This document shows positions 18,534-31,607 of a stretch of 64,000 nt of DNA, one piece after another. The notes below the pieces were generated by a model, which saw only the letters and a list, made by a program, of their open reading frames with translations, was not told the origin of the DNA and ran no database searches. The translations under genes and the position numbers were made by a program. Every line of letters begins with the position of its first letter. Position 1 is the first letter of the stretch. The stretch comes from an uncultured Burkholderiales bacterium (GTDB taxonomy: Bacteria; Pseudomonadota; Gammaproteobacteria; Burkholderiales; Eutrophovitaceae): assembly GCA_951812315.1 (NCBI GenBank), contig CATOSA010000006.1, positions 91 through 64,090 on the forward strand, given 5' to 3'.

Positions 18534-21254
18534 TCAATGCGCCTGTTCCCAGTTCGGACCCACGCCGACATCGGCAACCAGCGGCACGTCAAGTTGCGCC
18601 ACTCCCGACATCAACTCGGGGACTTTGTTTTTGGCGGTTTCAAGTTCCGCATCGGGAACTTCCAGTACCAGCTCGTCGTGTACCTGCATAACCATGCGTG
18701 TTTCGAGCTTTTCATTCGTGATCCAGTCATTCACTGCAATCATCGAGAGCTTGATCAGATCGGCGGCCGTCCCCTGCATTGGTGCGTTGATTGCGGCCCG
18801 TTCAGCGGCCTGCCGGCGCTGGTGATTCTTCGATTGAATTTCGGCGAGATACAGACGGCGCCCGAAGACGGTTTCCACATAACCGCGCTCGCGCGCCAGT
18901 TCACGCGTGCTTTGCATGTACCCAGCAACACCGGGATAGCGCGTGAAATAGCGGTCAATGTATTGTTGTGCAGCCGATCGTTCTACACCGAGCTGGGTTG
19001 CGAGCCCGAACGCGGACATGCCATAAATGAGACCGAAATTGATGACCTTTGCGTAGCGGCGCTGTTCGCTGGAAATGTCCGGGCTGTCAACGCCGAATAT
19101 TTCCGACGCTGTGTGACGGTGAACGTCCGCGCCTTCGCGGAACGCCTGAAGAAGGCCTTCGTCCTGTGACAGATGCGCCATGATGCGCAGCTCGATCTGC
19201 GAATAGTCCGCGGAGAGGATGCTGCAGCCTGGCGGGGCGATAAACGCCTCGCGCACTCTGCGTCCTTCGGCAGTGCGTACCGGGATGTTCTGAAGATTCG
19301 GATCATTGCTCGCCAAGCGGCCGGTATTCGCGACTGCCTGCGCATAGTTGGTGTGCACTCTTCCGGTCTCAGCGTTAACCATTTTCGGTAACTTGTCGGT
19401 GTAGGTCGACTTGAGCTTGGATAGCGCCCGGTGCTCAAGAATCAGTTTTGGCAGCGGATGATCGAGTGCGAGGCGCTGCAATACGTCTTCGTTCGTTGAC
19501 GGCTGACCGCCGGGCGTTTTCTTGACGACCGGAAGCTCCTGTTTCACAAACAGGATTTCCTGCAATTGCTTGGGTGAGCCGAGATTGAATGGTTGGCCGG
19601 CCTGTTCGTGGGCTTGCTTTTCCAGTTTGTCCAGACGTTGTGTCAGCTCTTTTGTTTGTTCGTTGAGCGCATCGCTGTCCAGCAGCACGCCGTGACGTTC
19701 CACCGCAAACAGAATTTCCATGACCGGCATTTCTATCGCGCGGTAAACGTAGTTCAGCTTTTTGTCATGTTCTATGCCCGGATAAAGAGTTCGGTGCAAC
19801 TGCAAGGTAATGTCGGCGTCTTCCGCTGCGTAGTCTTTGGCGAGTTTCAAATCAACTTGTGAAAACGGGATGCGCGCCGCGCCCTTGCCGGTGATTTCGT
19901 CGTAGCTGATTGTCTTGATGTCCAGGTGGCGTAATGCCAGGCTGTCCATGTTGTGGTTGCGGTGGCTTTCCAGCACATAAGACTGCAACATCGTGTCGTC
20001 TGCGACCCCGGCAAGTCGCACACCATGATTGGCAAAGATGTGCATGTCGTATTTCATGTTCTGGCCGAGCTTTTTGCGATGTGCGTTCTCCAGCCACGGT
20101 TTTAGTTTTTCGAGCACAGTTTCGCGGCTCAGTTGGGCTGGTGCACCGGCGTAGTCGTGTGCAACGGGTATATAGGCGGCTGTGCCTGGTTCGATACTGA
20201 GGCAGATGCCCACTAGTTGGGCCGTCATCGGGTCCAGGCCGGTCGTTTCGGTGTCTACTGAAACCAGGTCGGCTTTTTCGATGTCGCTGAACCATTTCTC
20301 GAGAGCGTCTTCGCTTAGAACGAGCTCATAGTCGCGTTGTGTTGTCGGCCGGCTGTCGGGTGCCTGGATGATCGGGGTCTCGCCATCGTCGTCCTCTGGC
20401 GTAGCGTCACGATTCTGAATTTCGCGCAGCCATGACTTGAACCCAAGCTTGCCGAACAGTTCGGCGAGGCGATCAGCGTCCTCTGGCTCGGGCGACAGAT
20501 CGTCGATGCCAACTGGCAAATCCAGGTTGCGATCCAGGGTTACAAGCGAGCGCGCAGTCGGTAACCAGGGCAACGCCTTTTGCAGATTCTCTCCGACCTT
20601 GCCGCCTATTTCATCCGCGTGCGCAATAACCTCGTCGAGGCTGCCATACTTTGTCAGCCACTTGACTGCTGTTTTCGGACCGACTTTCTCAACGCCGGGG
20701 ACATTGTCTACCGAGTCGCCGACCAATGCCTGATAATCCACCATCTGATCGGGCCTGACCCCGAACTTGGCTAACACGCCGGCATCGTTCAGGGTTTCGT
20801 TGGACATGGTATTGATGAGAGTGACGCCCGGGCATACAAGTTGCGCGATATCCTTGTCTCCAGTGGAGATAATCGTTTCTAAATTGCGGTTCCCTGCCTG
20901 GGCGGCCAGTGTCGCGATCACATCGTCCGCCTCGACGCCGGGTTGATTGATTAGGGGAATGCCCAGTGCCCGAATACATGCATGAAGGGGCTCAATCTGA
21001 GAAGCGAGTTCTTCTGGCATCGGTGGGCGGTTCGCTTTGTATTCCGGATATATGTCGTCGCGAAAGGTCTTTCCTTTTGCGTCGAATACACAGGCGATAT
21101 AATCCGCCGCGGTTTCTTTGCGAAAGAGGCGCAACATACTGATGACGCCCTTGATCGCGCCGGTCGGTTGTCCGTCCTTGCTGCGTAAGTCCGGCAACGC
21201 GTAGAAGGCGCGATACAGATAAGAAGAACCGTCAATAAGAATCAGTTTTTTCAT
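18534..21254 (-). CDS. polA: DNA polymerase I
   Basis: 906 aa with a 5'-3' exonuclease N-terminus and family-A polymerase motifs DYSQIELR and QVHDELV. Confidence 0.95.
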   Translation of the reverse strand: MKKLILIDGSSYLYRAFYALPDLRSKDGQPTGAIKGVISMLRLFRKETAADYIACVFDAKGKTFRDDIYPEYKANRPPMPEELASQIEPLHACIRALGIPLINQPGVEADDVIATLAAQAGNRNLETIISTGDKDIAQLVCPGVTLINTMSNETLNDAGVLAKFGVRPDQMVDYQALVGDSVDNVPGVEKVGPKTAVKWLTKYGSLDEVIAHADEIGGKVGENLQKALPWLPTARSLVTLDRNLDLPVGIDDLSPEPEDADRLAELFGKLGFKSWLREIQNRDATPEDDDGETPIIQAPDSRPTTQRDYELVLSEDALEKWFSDIEKADLVSVDTETTGLDPMTAQLVGICLSIEPGTAAYIPVAHDYAGAPAQLSRETVLEKLKPWLENAHRKKLGQNMKYDMHIFANHGVRLAGVADDTMLQSYVLESHRNHNMDSLALRHLDIKTISYDEITGKGAARIPFSQVDLKLAKDYAAEDADITLQLHRTLYPGIEHDKKLNYVYRAIEMPVMEILFAVERHGVLLDSDALNEQTKELTQRLDKLEKQAHEQAGQPFNLGSPKQLQEILFVKQELPVVKKTPGGQPSTNEDVLQRLALDHPLPKLILEHRALSKLKSTYTDKLPKMVNAETGRVHTNYAQAVANTGRLASNDPNLQNIPVRTAEGRRVREAFIAPPGCSILSADYSQIELRIMAHLSQDEGLLQAFREGADVHRHTASEIFGVDSPDISSEQRRYAKVINFGLIYGMSAFGLATQLGVERSAAQQYIDRYFTRYPGVAGYMQSTRELARERGYVETVFGRRLYLAEIQSKNHQRRQAAERAAINAPMQGTAADLIKLSMIAVNDWITNEKLETRMVMQVHDELVLEVPDAELETAKNKVPELMSGVAQLDVPLVADVGVGPNWEQAH

Positions 21255-21280
21255 CGGCGAAGGCCGCGCGAGAATCCAAC

Positions 21281-22009
21281 ATGAGCGAAACGCAAAAAAT
21301 CCTTACCCCGACTGCACCCGAACTTGTAGAGAAGACCTGGTCCGCACGAGAGTCGTGGCGAGTCTTCGGAATTATGGCAGAGTTCGTCGAATCGACTGAG
21401 CGGCTTGCGCATATCCGTCCGGCAGTCTCGATATTCGGAAGTGCCCGCACGCTTGCCGGCCACCAGTACTATGAACTGGCCCAGAAAATTGCGCGCAGTC
21501 TCTCCGACGCGGGGTTTGCGGTCATCTCGGGCGGCGGGCCTGGCATCATGGAAGCGGCAAACAAGGGCGCATATTATGGAAAATCCCTGTCGATCGGATT
21601 GAATATCCAGTTGCCGCATGAGCAGGGCTGCAATCCGTATCAGGACATCAGCCAGACATTTCGCCATTTCTTTGCGCGCAAGGTCATGTTCGTCAAGTTT
21701 GCATCGGCCTATGTGGTAATGCCCGGAGGGTTTGGGACTCTTGACGAACTGATGGAAGCGCTGACTTTGGTACAAACCAGAAAAGTACGGCGGATACCGA
21801 TTATTCTGGTACACACGCCTTTCTGGGCGGGGCTTTTCGACTGGATCAAGCGCCGTCTGGTGGACGAGAAGATGATTGATCCCGAAGATGTTGAACTTAT
21901 GCAGCTACTCGATGAGCCGCAGCAAATTGTTGACGCGATATTTAATCACTATGAGAAGCGGACTTTCGAACCGTCGGCTGCCGAACGCGAAGCGCAGCTA
22001 AATCTGTAA
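21281..22009 (+). CDS. LOG-family / TIGR00730 Rossmann-fold nucleotide-binding protein
   Basis: 242 aa with the GGGPGIMEA and PGGFGTLDEL motifs. Confidence 0.75.
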   Translation: MSETQKILTPTAPELVEKTWSARESWRVFGIMAEFVESTERLAHIRPAVSIFGSARTLAGHQYYELAQKIARSLSDAGFAVISGGGPGIMEAANKGAYYGKSLSIGLNIQLPHEQGCNPYQDISQTFRHFFARKVMFVKFASAYVVMPGGFGTLDELMEALTLVQTRKVRRIPIILVHTPFWAGLFDWIKRRLVDEKMIDPEDVELMQLLDEPQQIVDAIFNHYEKRTFEPSAAEREAQLNL

Positions 22010-22083
22010 CGCGCAGCTGGATCTTAATTGCGCAGCCAATACTTTAATGCGCCGATAACACTATACTGCGCAGCCTGATCTAC
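22008..22083. repeat. 19-bp-period degenerate tandem repeat x4 (TGCGCAGC core)
   Basis: GCGCAGC occurs at 22010, 22029 and 22067, and GCGCCGA at 22048, an exact 19-bp spacing. The array runs from the LOG-gene stop to 33 nt before the thrB ATG. Confidence 0.7.
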
Positions 22084-22115
22084 AGGCCGCGGCTCAACTT
22101 CTAACCTGTCATCCT

Positions 22116-23069
22116 ATGTCGGTTTACACCTCTGTATCACCGGAGCAGATGTCTGTTTGGCTCCGCAACTATTCGATCGGTACACTGGTCGAGCTCAAAG
22201 GTATTCAATCGGGGATCGAGAATACCAATTACTTTCTGACAACGACGCATGGACATTATGTGCTGACACTGTTCGAAAAGCTCACCCGCGAGGAGTTGCC
22301 GTTCTATCTGAACCTGATGACGCATTTGACAAATCACGGGCTTCCCGCGCCCAAGCCGATCGCCAATCTGCAAGATGAGGTATTGGGTGAACTTAATGGA
22401 AAACCCGCATCAATAGTCACCCGCCTTCCGGGCGCACCGGTCATGCAACCGGGTCCCGTGCATTGCGCCAGCGTTGGGGAAATGCTTGCTGACATGCATC
22501 TTTCGGGTCAGACCTACGAAGGCGAGATGGAGAATCTGCACAGCGCGAAATGGTGGGCAGCAGTAGCACCCGACATCTTCCGCTTCCTGCCGTCCGAAGA
22601 CGAGAAACTGCTGCACACCGAGATCGAATTCCAGGCCGGATGCTCGCGCGAAGGCTTGCCGCAAGGCGCTGTGCATGTCGACCTGTTTCGCGATAACGTC
22701 CTTTTCGATGGCGACGTCATCGGCGGATTTATTGATTTCTATTTTGCCTGTGTTGACAGCCTGATCTACGACGTGGCCATCACCATTAATGACTGGTGCT
22801 CGAACCCGGATTCGACCCTTGATCCTTCGCGAGCAGGCGCGTTGCTGGATGCGTACGCGTCTGTACGTGCATTCACTGAATCAGAGAAAAAAATCTGGCC
22901 GGCGATGCTTCGTGCCGGGGCGCTGCGCTTCTGGGTATCGCGGCTCTACGATTTCCATATTCCGCGCGCCGGTGAAATGACGCACGCCCATGACCCGGAG
23001 CCTTTCCGGCGGCTTTTGCTCAGTCACCGCGAAAAGGATTCGCGGCTGTATCCGCTGCCCGACTCGTAA
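22116..23069 (+). CDS. thrB: Homoserine kinase, type II (protein-kinase fold)
   Basis: 317 aa with N-terminal MSVYTSVS...GIENTNYF typical of Pseudomonas-type ThrB, and an APH-like catalytic region HVDLFRDNVLF. Confidence 0.85.
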   Translation: MSVYTSVSPEQMSVWLRNYSIGTLVELKGIQSGIENTNYFLTTTHGHYVLTLFEKLTREELPFYLNLMTHLTNHGLPAPKPIANLQDEVLGELNGKPASIVTRLPGAPVMQPGPVHCASVGEMLADMHLSGQTYEGEMENLHSAKWWAAVAPDIFRFLPSEDEKLLHTEIEFQAGCSREGLPQGAVHVDLFRDNVLFDGDVIGGFIDFYFACVDSLIYDVAITINDWCSNPDSTLDPSRAGALLDAYASVRAFTESEKKIWPAMLRAGALRFWVSRLYDFHIPRAGEMTHAHDPEPFRRLLLSHREKDSRLYPLPDS

Positions 23070-23081
23070 GAAACCAGACGA

Positions 23082-25328
23082 TCAGGCTGGCGCCAGTTTC
23101 GCGTACTCCAGGGCCAGCCACTTCAGGCCTTCATTGCGGAAATTGACCTGAACGCGGGCGTCATTGCCGCGCCCTTCGGCCTGGACGATGACGCCGGTAC
23201 CGAACTTCGGATGTTGCACATTCTGGCCGATTCGAAATCCGCCCACCATAACGGGCGCGCCGAAACCCCGCTTTGCAGAACGGGCAGGTGCAACGGGCGG
23301 CACATTTGCCTCTACATAGGTATTCAGCCGCTTCAGCAATTCTTGCGGGACTTCTTCCAGAAAGCGCGATGCGACGTTGTAGCGCGTCTGCCCATGCAGC
23401 ATCCGCGATTGTGTATGCGAAAGATACAGGCGTCGCCGTGCACGCGTCATTGCCACATACATCAGCCGCCGCTCTTCTTCGAGACCGCCATCTTCGTTCA
23501 GACTGTTCTCGTGCGGGAACAGGCCTTCTTCCAGGCCGCTGATGATCACAGTGTGAAACTCGAGACCTTTGGCAGAGTGAACCGTCATCAACTGCAACGC
23601 GTCCGCACCAGCGGAAGCCTGATTGTCGCCAGCTTCCAGGGAAGCATGCGCGAGGAATGCGCTTAATGGATCGATCTCGGCTGCTTCGATTACGGCTAAA
23701 TCGTTATTGCCTGCGTCACCACCCGAACCTTCGCCAATCGCGGTCGCGTCCTCATCAGTCGGTGCGTCCGTGAAGATTGCCAGTCCTTCTTCGGAAACGA
23801 ATGCTGCCGCGGCATTGACCAGTTCCTCGAGGTTCTCTACGCGATCCGCACCTTCCTTTTCCTTGCGATAGTGATTGATCAGACCGCTTGCCTGGTTCAC
23901 GTGGTCGACGATTTCCTGAAGCGGCAGGCCTTCTGTCGAGCGGCGCATGTCCTCGATCAGGCGTACGAATGCCGCGATTGCCGCACCAGATCGTCCTGTT
24001 GGCGGACTTGCACAAGCGGATTGCCACAGGCTGGTGCCTGATTGTTCCGCGGTTGCCTGTATCTGCTCTATCGTGCGGTTGCCAATACCGCGGGTCGGGA
24101 AATTAACGACACGCAACAACGCCCCGTCATCATCCGGATTGGCCACGAGGCGCAAATAGGCGAGTACATGTTTGATTTCCTGGCGCTCGAAGAAGCGCAG
24201 GCCGCCATAGACGCGATATGAAATTCCGGCATTGAACAAGGCATGTTCGAACACCCGTGACTGGGCATTTGACCGGTACAACAAGGCGATATCCGACAGG
24301 CTTACACCTTCGCTGTTCAAAGCGCGGACTTCTTCGACGACAAAGTTTGCTTCGTCGCCGTCGGTCGCCGCATCGTAAACACGCAATGGTTCGCCGCCGC
24401 CCTCGGACGTCCACAGATTCTTGCCCAACCGGGAGCGATTGTTACGGATCAGCGCATTGGCTGCGTCCAGAATGTTGCCGTGTGATCGATAGTTTTGCTC
24501 GAGCTTGATAACGTTATCAATTGAAAAATCCGATTCGAAATCGAGCATATTGCCTGTACGCGCGCCGCGAAACGCGTAGATCGACTGGTCGTCATCTCCT
24601 ACTGCGACGATGGCGGTATCAGGTCCAGCAAGTAATTTCAGCCAATGGTATTGCAACCGGTTGGTGTCCTGAAATTCGTCGACAAGAATATGTCTGAAGC
24701 GTGTCTGGTAATGCGTGCGGAGAATCTCGTTCTTTTGCAATAACTCATAGCTGCGAAGCAGCAGTTCAGCGAAGTCGACCACGCCCTCGCGGTTGCACTG
24801 CGTTTCATAAGCGGCATAGACATCATTCAGGCGACGGTCGAAATCGTCGTAGATTTCGACAGCGTTCGCGCGCCGCCCCTCTTCCTTGTTTGAATTGATG
24901 TGATACTGGGCCTGGCGTGGAGGATATTTATCGGTATCGACGCCAATACCTTTCATCACTCTTTTGACCATCGATAACTGGTCGGCACTGTCGAGAATCT
25001 GAAACGTCTGAGGCAGTCCGGCGTCACGATGGTGTGCGCGCAACATTCGGTTGCAAAGCCCATGGAAAGTGCCGACCCACATGCCGCGGGTGTTGATGGG
25101 CAGCATTGCGGAAATGCGGGTGAGCATCTCGCGCGCCGCCTTGTTGGTAAAAGTCACCGCCAGAACGGAAAGCGGATTGATCTGACCGGTCTCGATGAGC
25201 CACGCGATCCGGGTTGTCAGGACCCTGGTCTTTCCCGAGCCGGCGCCCGCCAGAACCAGTGCCGACTTGTGAGGAAGCGTAACCGCCGTCAGTTGTTCAG
25301 TGTTGAGGCCTTCGAGAATCTGTGACAT
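23082..25328 (-). CDS. uvrD: DNA helicase II (UvrD)
   Basis: 748 aa with Walker A AGAGSGKT, DEFQDT, and a UvrD-type C-terminal Tudor-like tail. Confidence 0.9.
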   Translation of the reverse strand: MSQILEGLNTEQLTAVTLPHKSALVLAGAGSGKTRVLTTRIAWLIETGQINPLSVLAVTFTNKAAREMLTRISAMLPINTRGMWVGTFHGLCNRMLRAHHRDAGLPQTFQILDSADQLSMVKRVMKGIGVDTDKYPPRQAQYHINSNKEEGRRANAVEIYDDFDRRLNDVYAAYETQCNREGVVDFAELLLRSYELLQKNEILRTHYQTRFRHILVDEFQDTNRLQYHWLKLLAGPDTAIVAVGDDDQSIYAFRGARTGNMLDFESDFSIDNVIKLEQNYRSHGNILDAANALIRNNRSRLGKNLWTSEGGGEPLRVYDAATDGDEANFVVEEVRALNSEGVSLSDIALLYRSNAQSRVFEHALFNAGISYRVYGGLRFFERQEIKHVLAYLRLVANPDDDGALLRVVNFPTRGIGNRTIEQIQATAEQSGTSLWQSACASPPTGRSGAAIAAFVRLIEDMRRSTEGLPLQEIVDHVNQASGLINHYRKEKEGADRVENLEELVNAAAAFVSEEGLAIFTDAPTDEDATAIGEGSGGDAGNNDLAVIEAAEIDPLSAFLAHASLEAGDNQASAGADALQLMTVHSAKGLEFHTVIISGLEEGLFPHENSLNEDGGLEEERRLMYVAMTRARRRLYLSHTQSRMLHGQTRYNVASRFLEEVPQELLKRLNTYVEANVPPVAPARSAKRGFGAPVMVGGFRIGQNVQHPKFGTGVIVQAEGRGNDARVQVNFRNEGLKWLALEYAKLAPA

Positions 25329-25338
25329 TGCGCGCTTG

Positions 25339-25380
25339 GATATTCGCGGTTAGATATTCGCGGTGAAATATTCAAGGTGA
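25339..25380. repeat. 14-bp tandem repeat x3 ending 10 nt upstream of the uvrD start codon
   Basis: The units are gatattcgcggtta, gatattcgcggtga and aatattcaaggtga. Confidence 0.85.
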
Positions 25381-25418
25381 CGACGAGGCATCGTGCACCG
25401 ACGAAAAAGTGGGTTCGA

Positions 25419-26306
25419 TTATACGGAGGTCGCGCGCAAGTGCCGACCTTCCGCGACCAGTTCAGCGATTGGCGATTCAAGAATGACCCGCATCGCATTG
25501 TCAAATTCGGCCCCCGGGACAACAAGCGTGTCATGGCGGGAACTGAACGCGCCACCGAGTTGCGACTTGAACGCGGCAAGGTCGCTTCCTTCAGGCGCTG
25601 CAAAGCGAATCACGACGAAACTCTCCTCTGGGGTTGGAATGCCGGCCGTGGCGAACGGGTTTGACGTATCAATGGTGGGCACTCTCTGGAAATTAATATG
25701 CGTACGCGAGAACTGCGGGGTGATGTGGTGAACGTAGTCGGGCATTCGCCTGAGAATCGTCTCGGTGATCACGTCAAGTGACTGACCGCGCTCGCGCAGA
25801 TCGCGCTGAACTTTCTGAATCCACTCCAGATTGACGATCGGCGTTACGCCGATGAGCAGATCTACATGTTGCGCGACATCGACTTCGTCCGTAACGATTC
25901 CACCGTGCAGGCCCTCGTAAACAAGTACATCGGTGTCCTCCGGCAGCGGTTGCCACGGCGAGAAGGTTCCCGCTTTCTGACCATGACGGGCGGCACGTTC
26001 CTCGTTGTGCAGATACAAACGCGTGCTTCCGCTACCTTGATCGCCATATTCGCGGAACAATGCCTCGAGCTTATCGAACAGGTTCGCTTCCGGACCGAAG
26101 TGACTGATGGCGCGCCCTGCGGTACGTTCCCAGGCGTCCGTGAGGTCACGCATTTCGTCACGCTCGTACTTGTGGAAACTGTCGCCCTCGACAAAAGCGG
26201 CATTGATCGATGCACTTTCAAACAGCGCTTCAAACGTCCGCCGCACAGAAGTCGTACCCGCCCCGGAGGAACCAGTGACCGCAATTATTGGGTGTTTTCG
26301 GGACAT
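25419..26306 (-). CDS. prk: Phosphoribulokinase
   Basis: P-loop VTGSSGAGTTSV directly follows MSRKHPIIA. I prefer this start (295 aa) over the ORF-track start at 26444. Confidence 0.85.
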   Translation of the reverse strand: MSRKHPIIAVTGSSGAGTTSVRRTFEALFESASINAAFVEGDSFHKYERDEMRDLTDAWERTAGRAISHFGPEANLFDKLEALFREYGDQGSGSTRLYLHNEERAARHGQKAGTFSPWQPLPEDTDVLVYEGLHGGIVTDEVDVAQHVDLLIGVTPIVNLEWIQKVQRDLRERGQSLDVITETILRRMPDYVHHITPQFSRTHINFQRVPTIDTSNPFATAGIPTPEESFVVIRFAAPEGSDLAAFKSQLGGAFSSRHDTLVVPGAEFDNAMRVILESPIAELVAEGRHLRATSV

Positions 26307-26486
26307 TGTCTGGAGGTAAGCGAATGGCGTATGGCAGGGCGGGCGGCAGATGTTACAACGAAATGGCCGGTCATATGAGTTCCGGCTGGCGCATAGTTCG
26401 ACCGGGCCGCCAGCGGAGAGTCTGCTCTGGCGAAAAAAATGCATTGCTACACGTATTTAGAGCTGCCGCCAGCGATATAATTTTGA

Positions 26487-29129
<2,643 letters not shown>

Positions 29130-29151
29130 GCATTCGAGAGGATTGAACGCC

Positions 29152-29670
29152 ATGGATCCGAAGCCAGAAAATTCGCGCTTTGTAGTTGTTCTTGTCGCCA
29201 TTTCCTGCATTGCGATGCTGTTTTCAGGCTGTGGTTTTCAGCCACGTGGTCGCGCCGATCTGTCGTTTGACAGTATTTATGTTGAGACAAACGGGTTTTC
29301 CTTATTTGGCGCGGAATTGCGAAGAGTGGTTCAGGCGGGAAGCGTCGTGCAGGTCGTAGAGTCGGCTGACGACGCTGAGGTGATCTTAAGAGTTGTCAGC
29401 GAGAGCCAGGAACGGCACATCATTGCGCTGACGGGAACCGGCAGCGTTCGCGAGTTTCAACTGGTATACAAAGTTGCCTATCGGGTTATGGACAATGATT
29501 TGAAAGATCTGGCGGCGCCGGGAGAAATCGTATTGCGTCGCGACATGTTGTTTGACGACACATTGAGACTTGCCAAGGAATCCGAGGCGGAATTCCTCTA
29601 CAGAGACATGCAAACGGATGCCGTACATCAGATGCTGCGTCGACTTTCGGTCGTCCTCGTCGACTCGTGA
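29152..29670 (+). CDS. lptE: LPS-assembly lipoprotein LptE
   Basis: Lipobox LFSGCG and a position directly after leuS. I prefer ATG 29152 (GAGAGG SD) over TTG 29122. Confidence 0.75.
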   Translation: MDPKPENSRFVVVLVAISCIAMLFSGCGFQPRGRADLSFDSIYVETNGFSLFGAELRRVVQAGSVVQVVESADDAEVILRVVSESQERHIIALTGTGSVREFQLVYKVAYRVMDNDLKDLAAPGEIVLRRDMLFDDTLRLAKESEAEFLYRDMQTDAVHQMLRRLSVVLVDS

Positions 29671-29865
29671 ACTGATGCGTTGCGTACGTTTATGATTGTC
29701 TTGTCGCATTTTTTGGCGGGACGATCGCGTTGCAGTGCCAATTGCGGGCGAAACAGCAAGCGTATTAAACTGAAGCGCGTATCAAGAGTTTTATACATCG
29801 AAGTGGTAAATGCATAGAGCGGCGATTCAATTTCGCCTGCCTACTGCTTTCAGGGTCACAAGACA

Positions 29866-30990
29866 ATGGCGCCAGGCTCAATCGGGATAGTCAGCCCGCA
29901 AACGATGCAGTTCGATGAGCCGATCGAGCTGAAGAGCGGCGCGCAGATCGACGAGTACTCACTCGTGTACGAGACGTACGGGGAACTGAATTCGGACCGT
30001 AGCAACGCGATCCTGATCTGCCACGCGCTCAACGCCGCCCACCACGTTGCCGGGCGCCATGCCGACAATCCGTACGACGTCGGGTGGTGGGATAACATGG
30101 TCGGTCCGGGAAAGGCGGTCGATACAAACCGGTTTTTTGTTATCGGCGTAAATAATCTGGGCGGCTGCCATGGTTCGACCGGGCCTTCCAGCATTAATCC
30201 CAAGACCGGCAAACCATGGGGCGGGGATTTCCCGGTTGTAACAGTTGAGGATTGGGTGCAGGCGCAGGCACGTTTTGCCAGCAGGCTCGGGATAGAGCAG
30301 TTTGCGGCGGTCATGGGCGGCAGTCTCGGCGCAATGCAGGCACTGCAATGGTCGATTGATCAGCCCGAGCGGCTACGCAACGCGTTGGTGATTGCGGCGG
30401 CGCCGAATTTGTCGGCGCAGAATATTGCATTCAATGAGGCTGCTCGCACGGCCATTACATCTGACCCGGAGTTTCACGACGGCCATTATTACGAGCACGG
30501 CGTGGTACCGCGTCGCGGATTACGTATTGCGAGAATGATCGGTCACATTACGTATCTATCTGACGATACGATGGACGACAGGTTTGGTCGCGAACTGCGC
30601 GAGAAAGTACTCAACTTTGATTTTGGCGTGGACTTTCAGATCGAATCGTACTTGCGTTACCAGGCCGACAAATTTGCAGACACATTTGATGCGAATACTT
30701 ACTTGCGAATTACCAAGCTGCTTGATTACTTTGACCCCGCGCAAGCATACGGGGGGGACCTGTCACGTGCTCTGAAAAACGCGACTGCTGATTTTCTGGT
30801 TGTTTCGTTCACATCCGACTGGCGTTTTTCGCCGCTACGCTCGAAAGAGATTGTCAAATCGCTCGTCGATAATCGACATAATGTGTCATATGCGGAAATA
30901 GAAGAACCACATGGCCACGATGCGTTCTTGCTTGATGACGTGCGTTACCACAATCTGGTCCGTTCGTACCTTGAACGAGTAGCAATATGA
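29866..30990 (+). CDS. metX: Homoserine O-acyltransferase MetX
   Basis: 374 aa, alpha/beta hydrolase with GxSxG (GGSLGAM), followed by metW. Confidence 0.9.
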   Translation: MAPGSIGIVSPQTMQFDEPIELKSGAQIDEYSLVYETYGELNSDRSNAILICHALNAAHHVAGRHADNPYDVGWWDNMVGPGKAVDTNRFFVIGVNNLGGCHGSTGPSSINPKTGKPWGGDFPVVTVEDWVQAQARFASRLGIEQFAAVMGGSLGAMQALQWSIDQPERLRNALVIAAAPNLSAQNIAFNEAARTAITSDPEFHDGHYYEHGVVPRRGLRIARMIGHITYLSDDTMDDRFGRELREKVLNFDFGVDFQIESYLRYQADKFADTFDANTYLRITKLLDYFDPAQAYGGDLSRALKNATADFLVVSFTSDWRFSPLRSKEIVKSLVDNRHNVSYAEIEEPHGHDAFLLDDVRYHNLVRSYLERVAI

Positions 30991-31607
30991 GCAGCGGCAC
31001 CGGCCAAAGCGGCAAACTTGGGCGCAGAGACTTTGAGATCATTTCCAGCTGGATCAAACGCGATGCGCATGTGCTTGATCTTGGATGCGGCAACGGGGCA
31101 CTCCTGCGCCATTTGCGTTCGCAACACAATGTCAGCGGATACGGCGTCGAAATCGACGATACAAAGGTACTTGCAAGCGTAAAAAACGGTGTCAACGTAC
31201 TTCAGGCGGACCTTGAAGCCGGCCTTTCAGAATTCGATGCAGACTCGTTTGACTACGTTATTCTTTCATTGACCTTGCAGGCCGTTCGGCATACCGAGCG
31301 CATTGTCAGTGACATGCTTCGCGTGGGTCGGGAGGCGATCGTCACATTTCCAAACTTTGGATACTGGCGCCATCGGTTGCGCGTACTGTTTGGACAAGTC
31401 CCGGTTTCGCGCGAGTTGCCATACCAGTGGTACGACTCGCCGAATATTCACGTTCTGACGATCGACGATTTCGAAATTTTCTGTGCAGCGCACGGCATGC
31501 GCGTGTGCGAACGGGTGGTTTTGGACGAAGCGTGCAATCAAGTGAACGTCCTGCCTAACTTGCTGGGCGCGGTTGCGGTTTATCGTTTCGACAAGTCGGT
31601 AGCCTGA
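30987..31607 (+). CDS. metW: Methionine biosynthesis protein MetW
   Basis: 206-aa methyltransferase-like protein overlapping the metX stop. Confidence 0.85.
   Translation: MSSGTGQSGKLGRRDFEIISSWIKRDAHVLDLGCGNGALLRHLRSQHNVSGYGVEIDDTKVLASVKNGVNVLQADLEAGLSEFDADSFDYVILSLTLQAVRHTERIVSDMLRVGREAIVTFPNFGYWRHRLRVLFGQVPVSRELPYQWYDSPNIHVLTIDDFEIFCAAHGMRVCERVVLDEACNQVNVLPNLLGAVAVYRFDKSVA

Noticed and set aside
29671-29865. Possible SAM riboswitch in the 195-nt leader of metX, and the absence of holA after leuS-lptE.
   Set aside because: I could not match SAM-II or other SAM-class consensus elements by eye; only a cmsearch could settle it. leuS-lptE-holA linkage is common but not universal, so absence of holA here is not evidence of anything.
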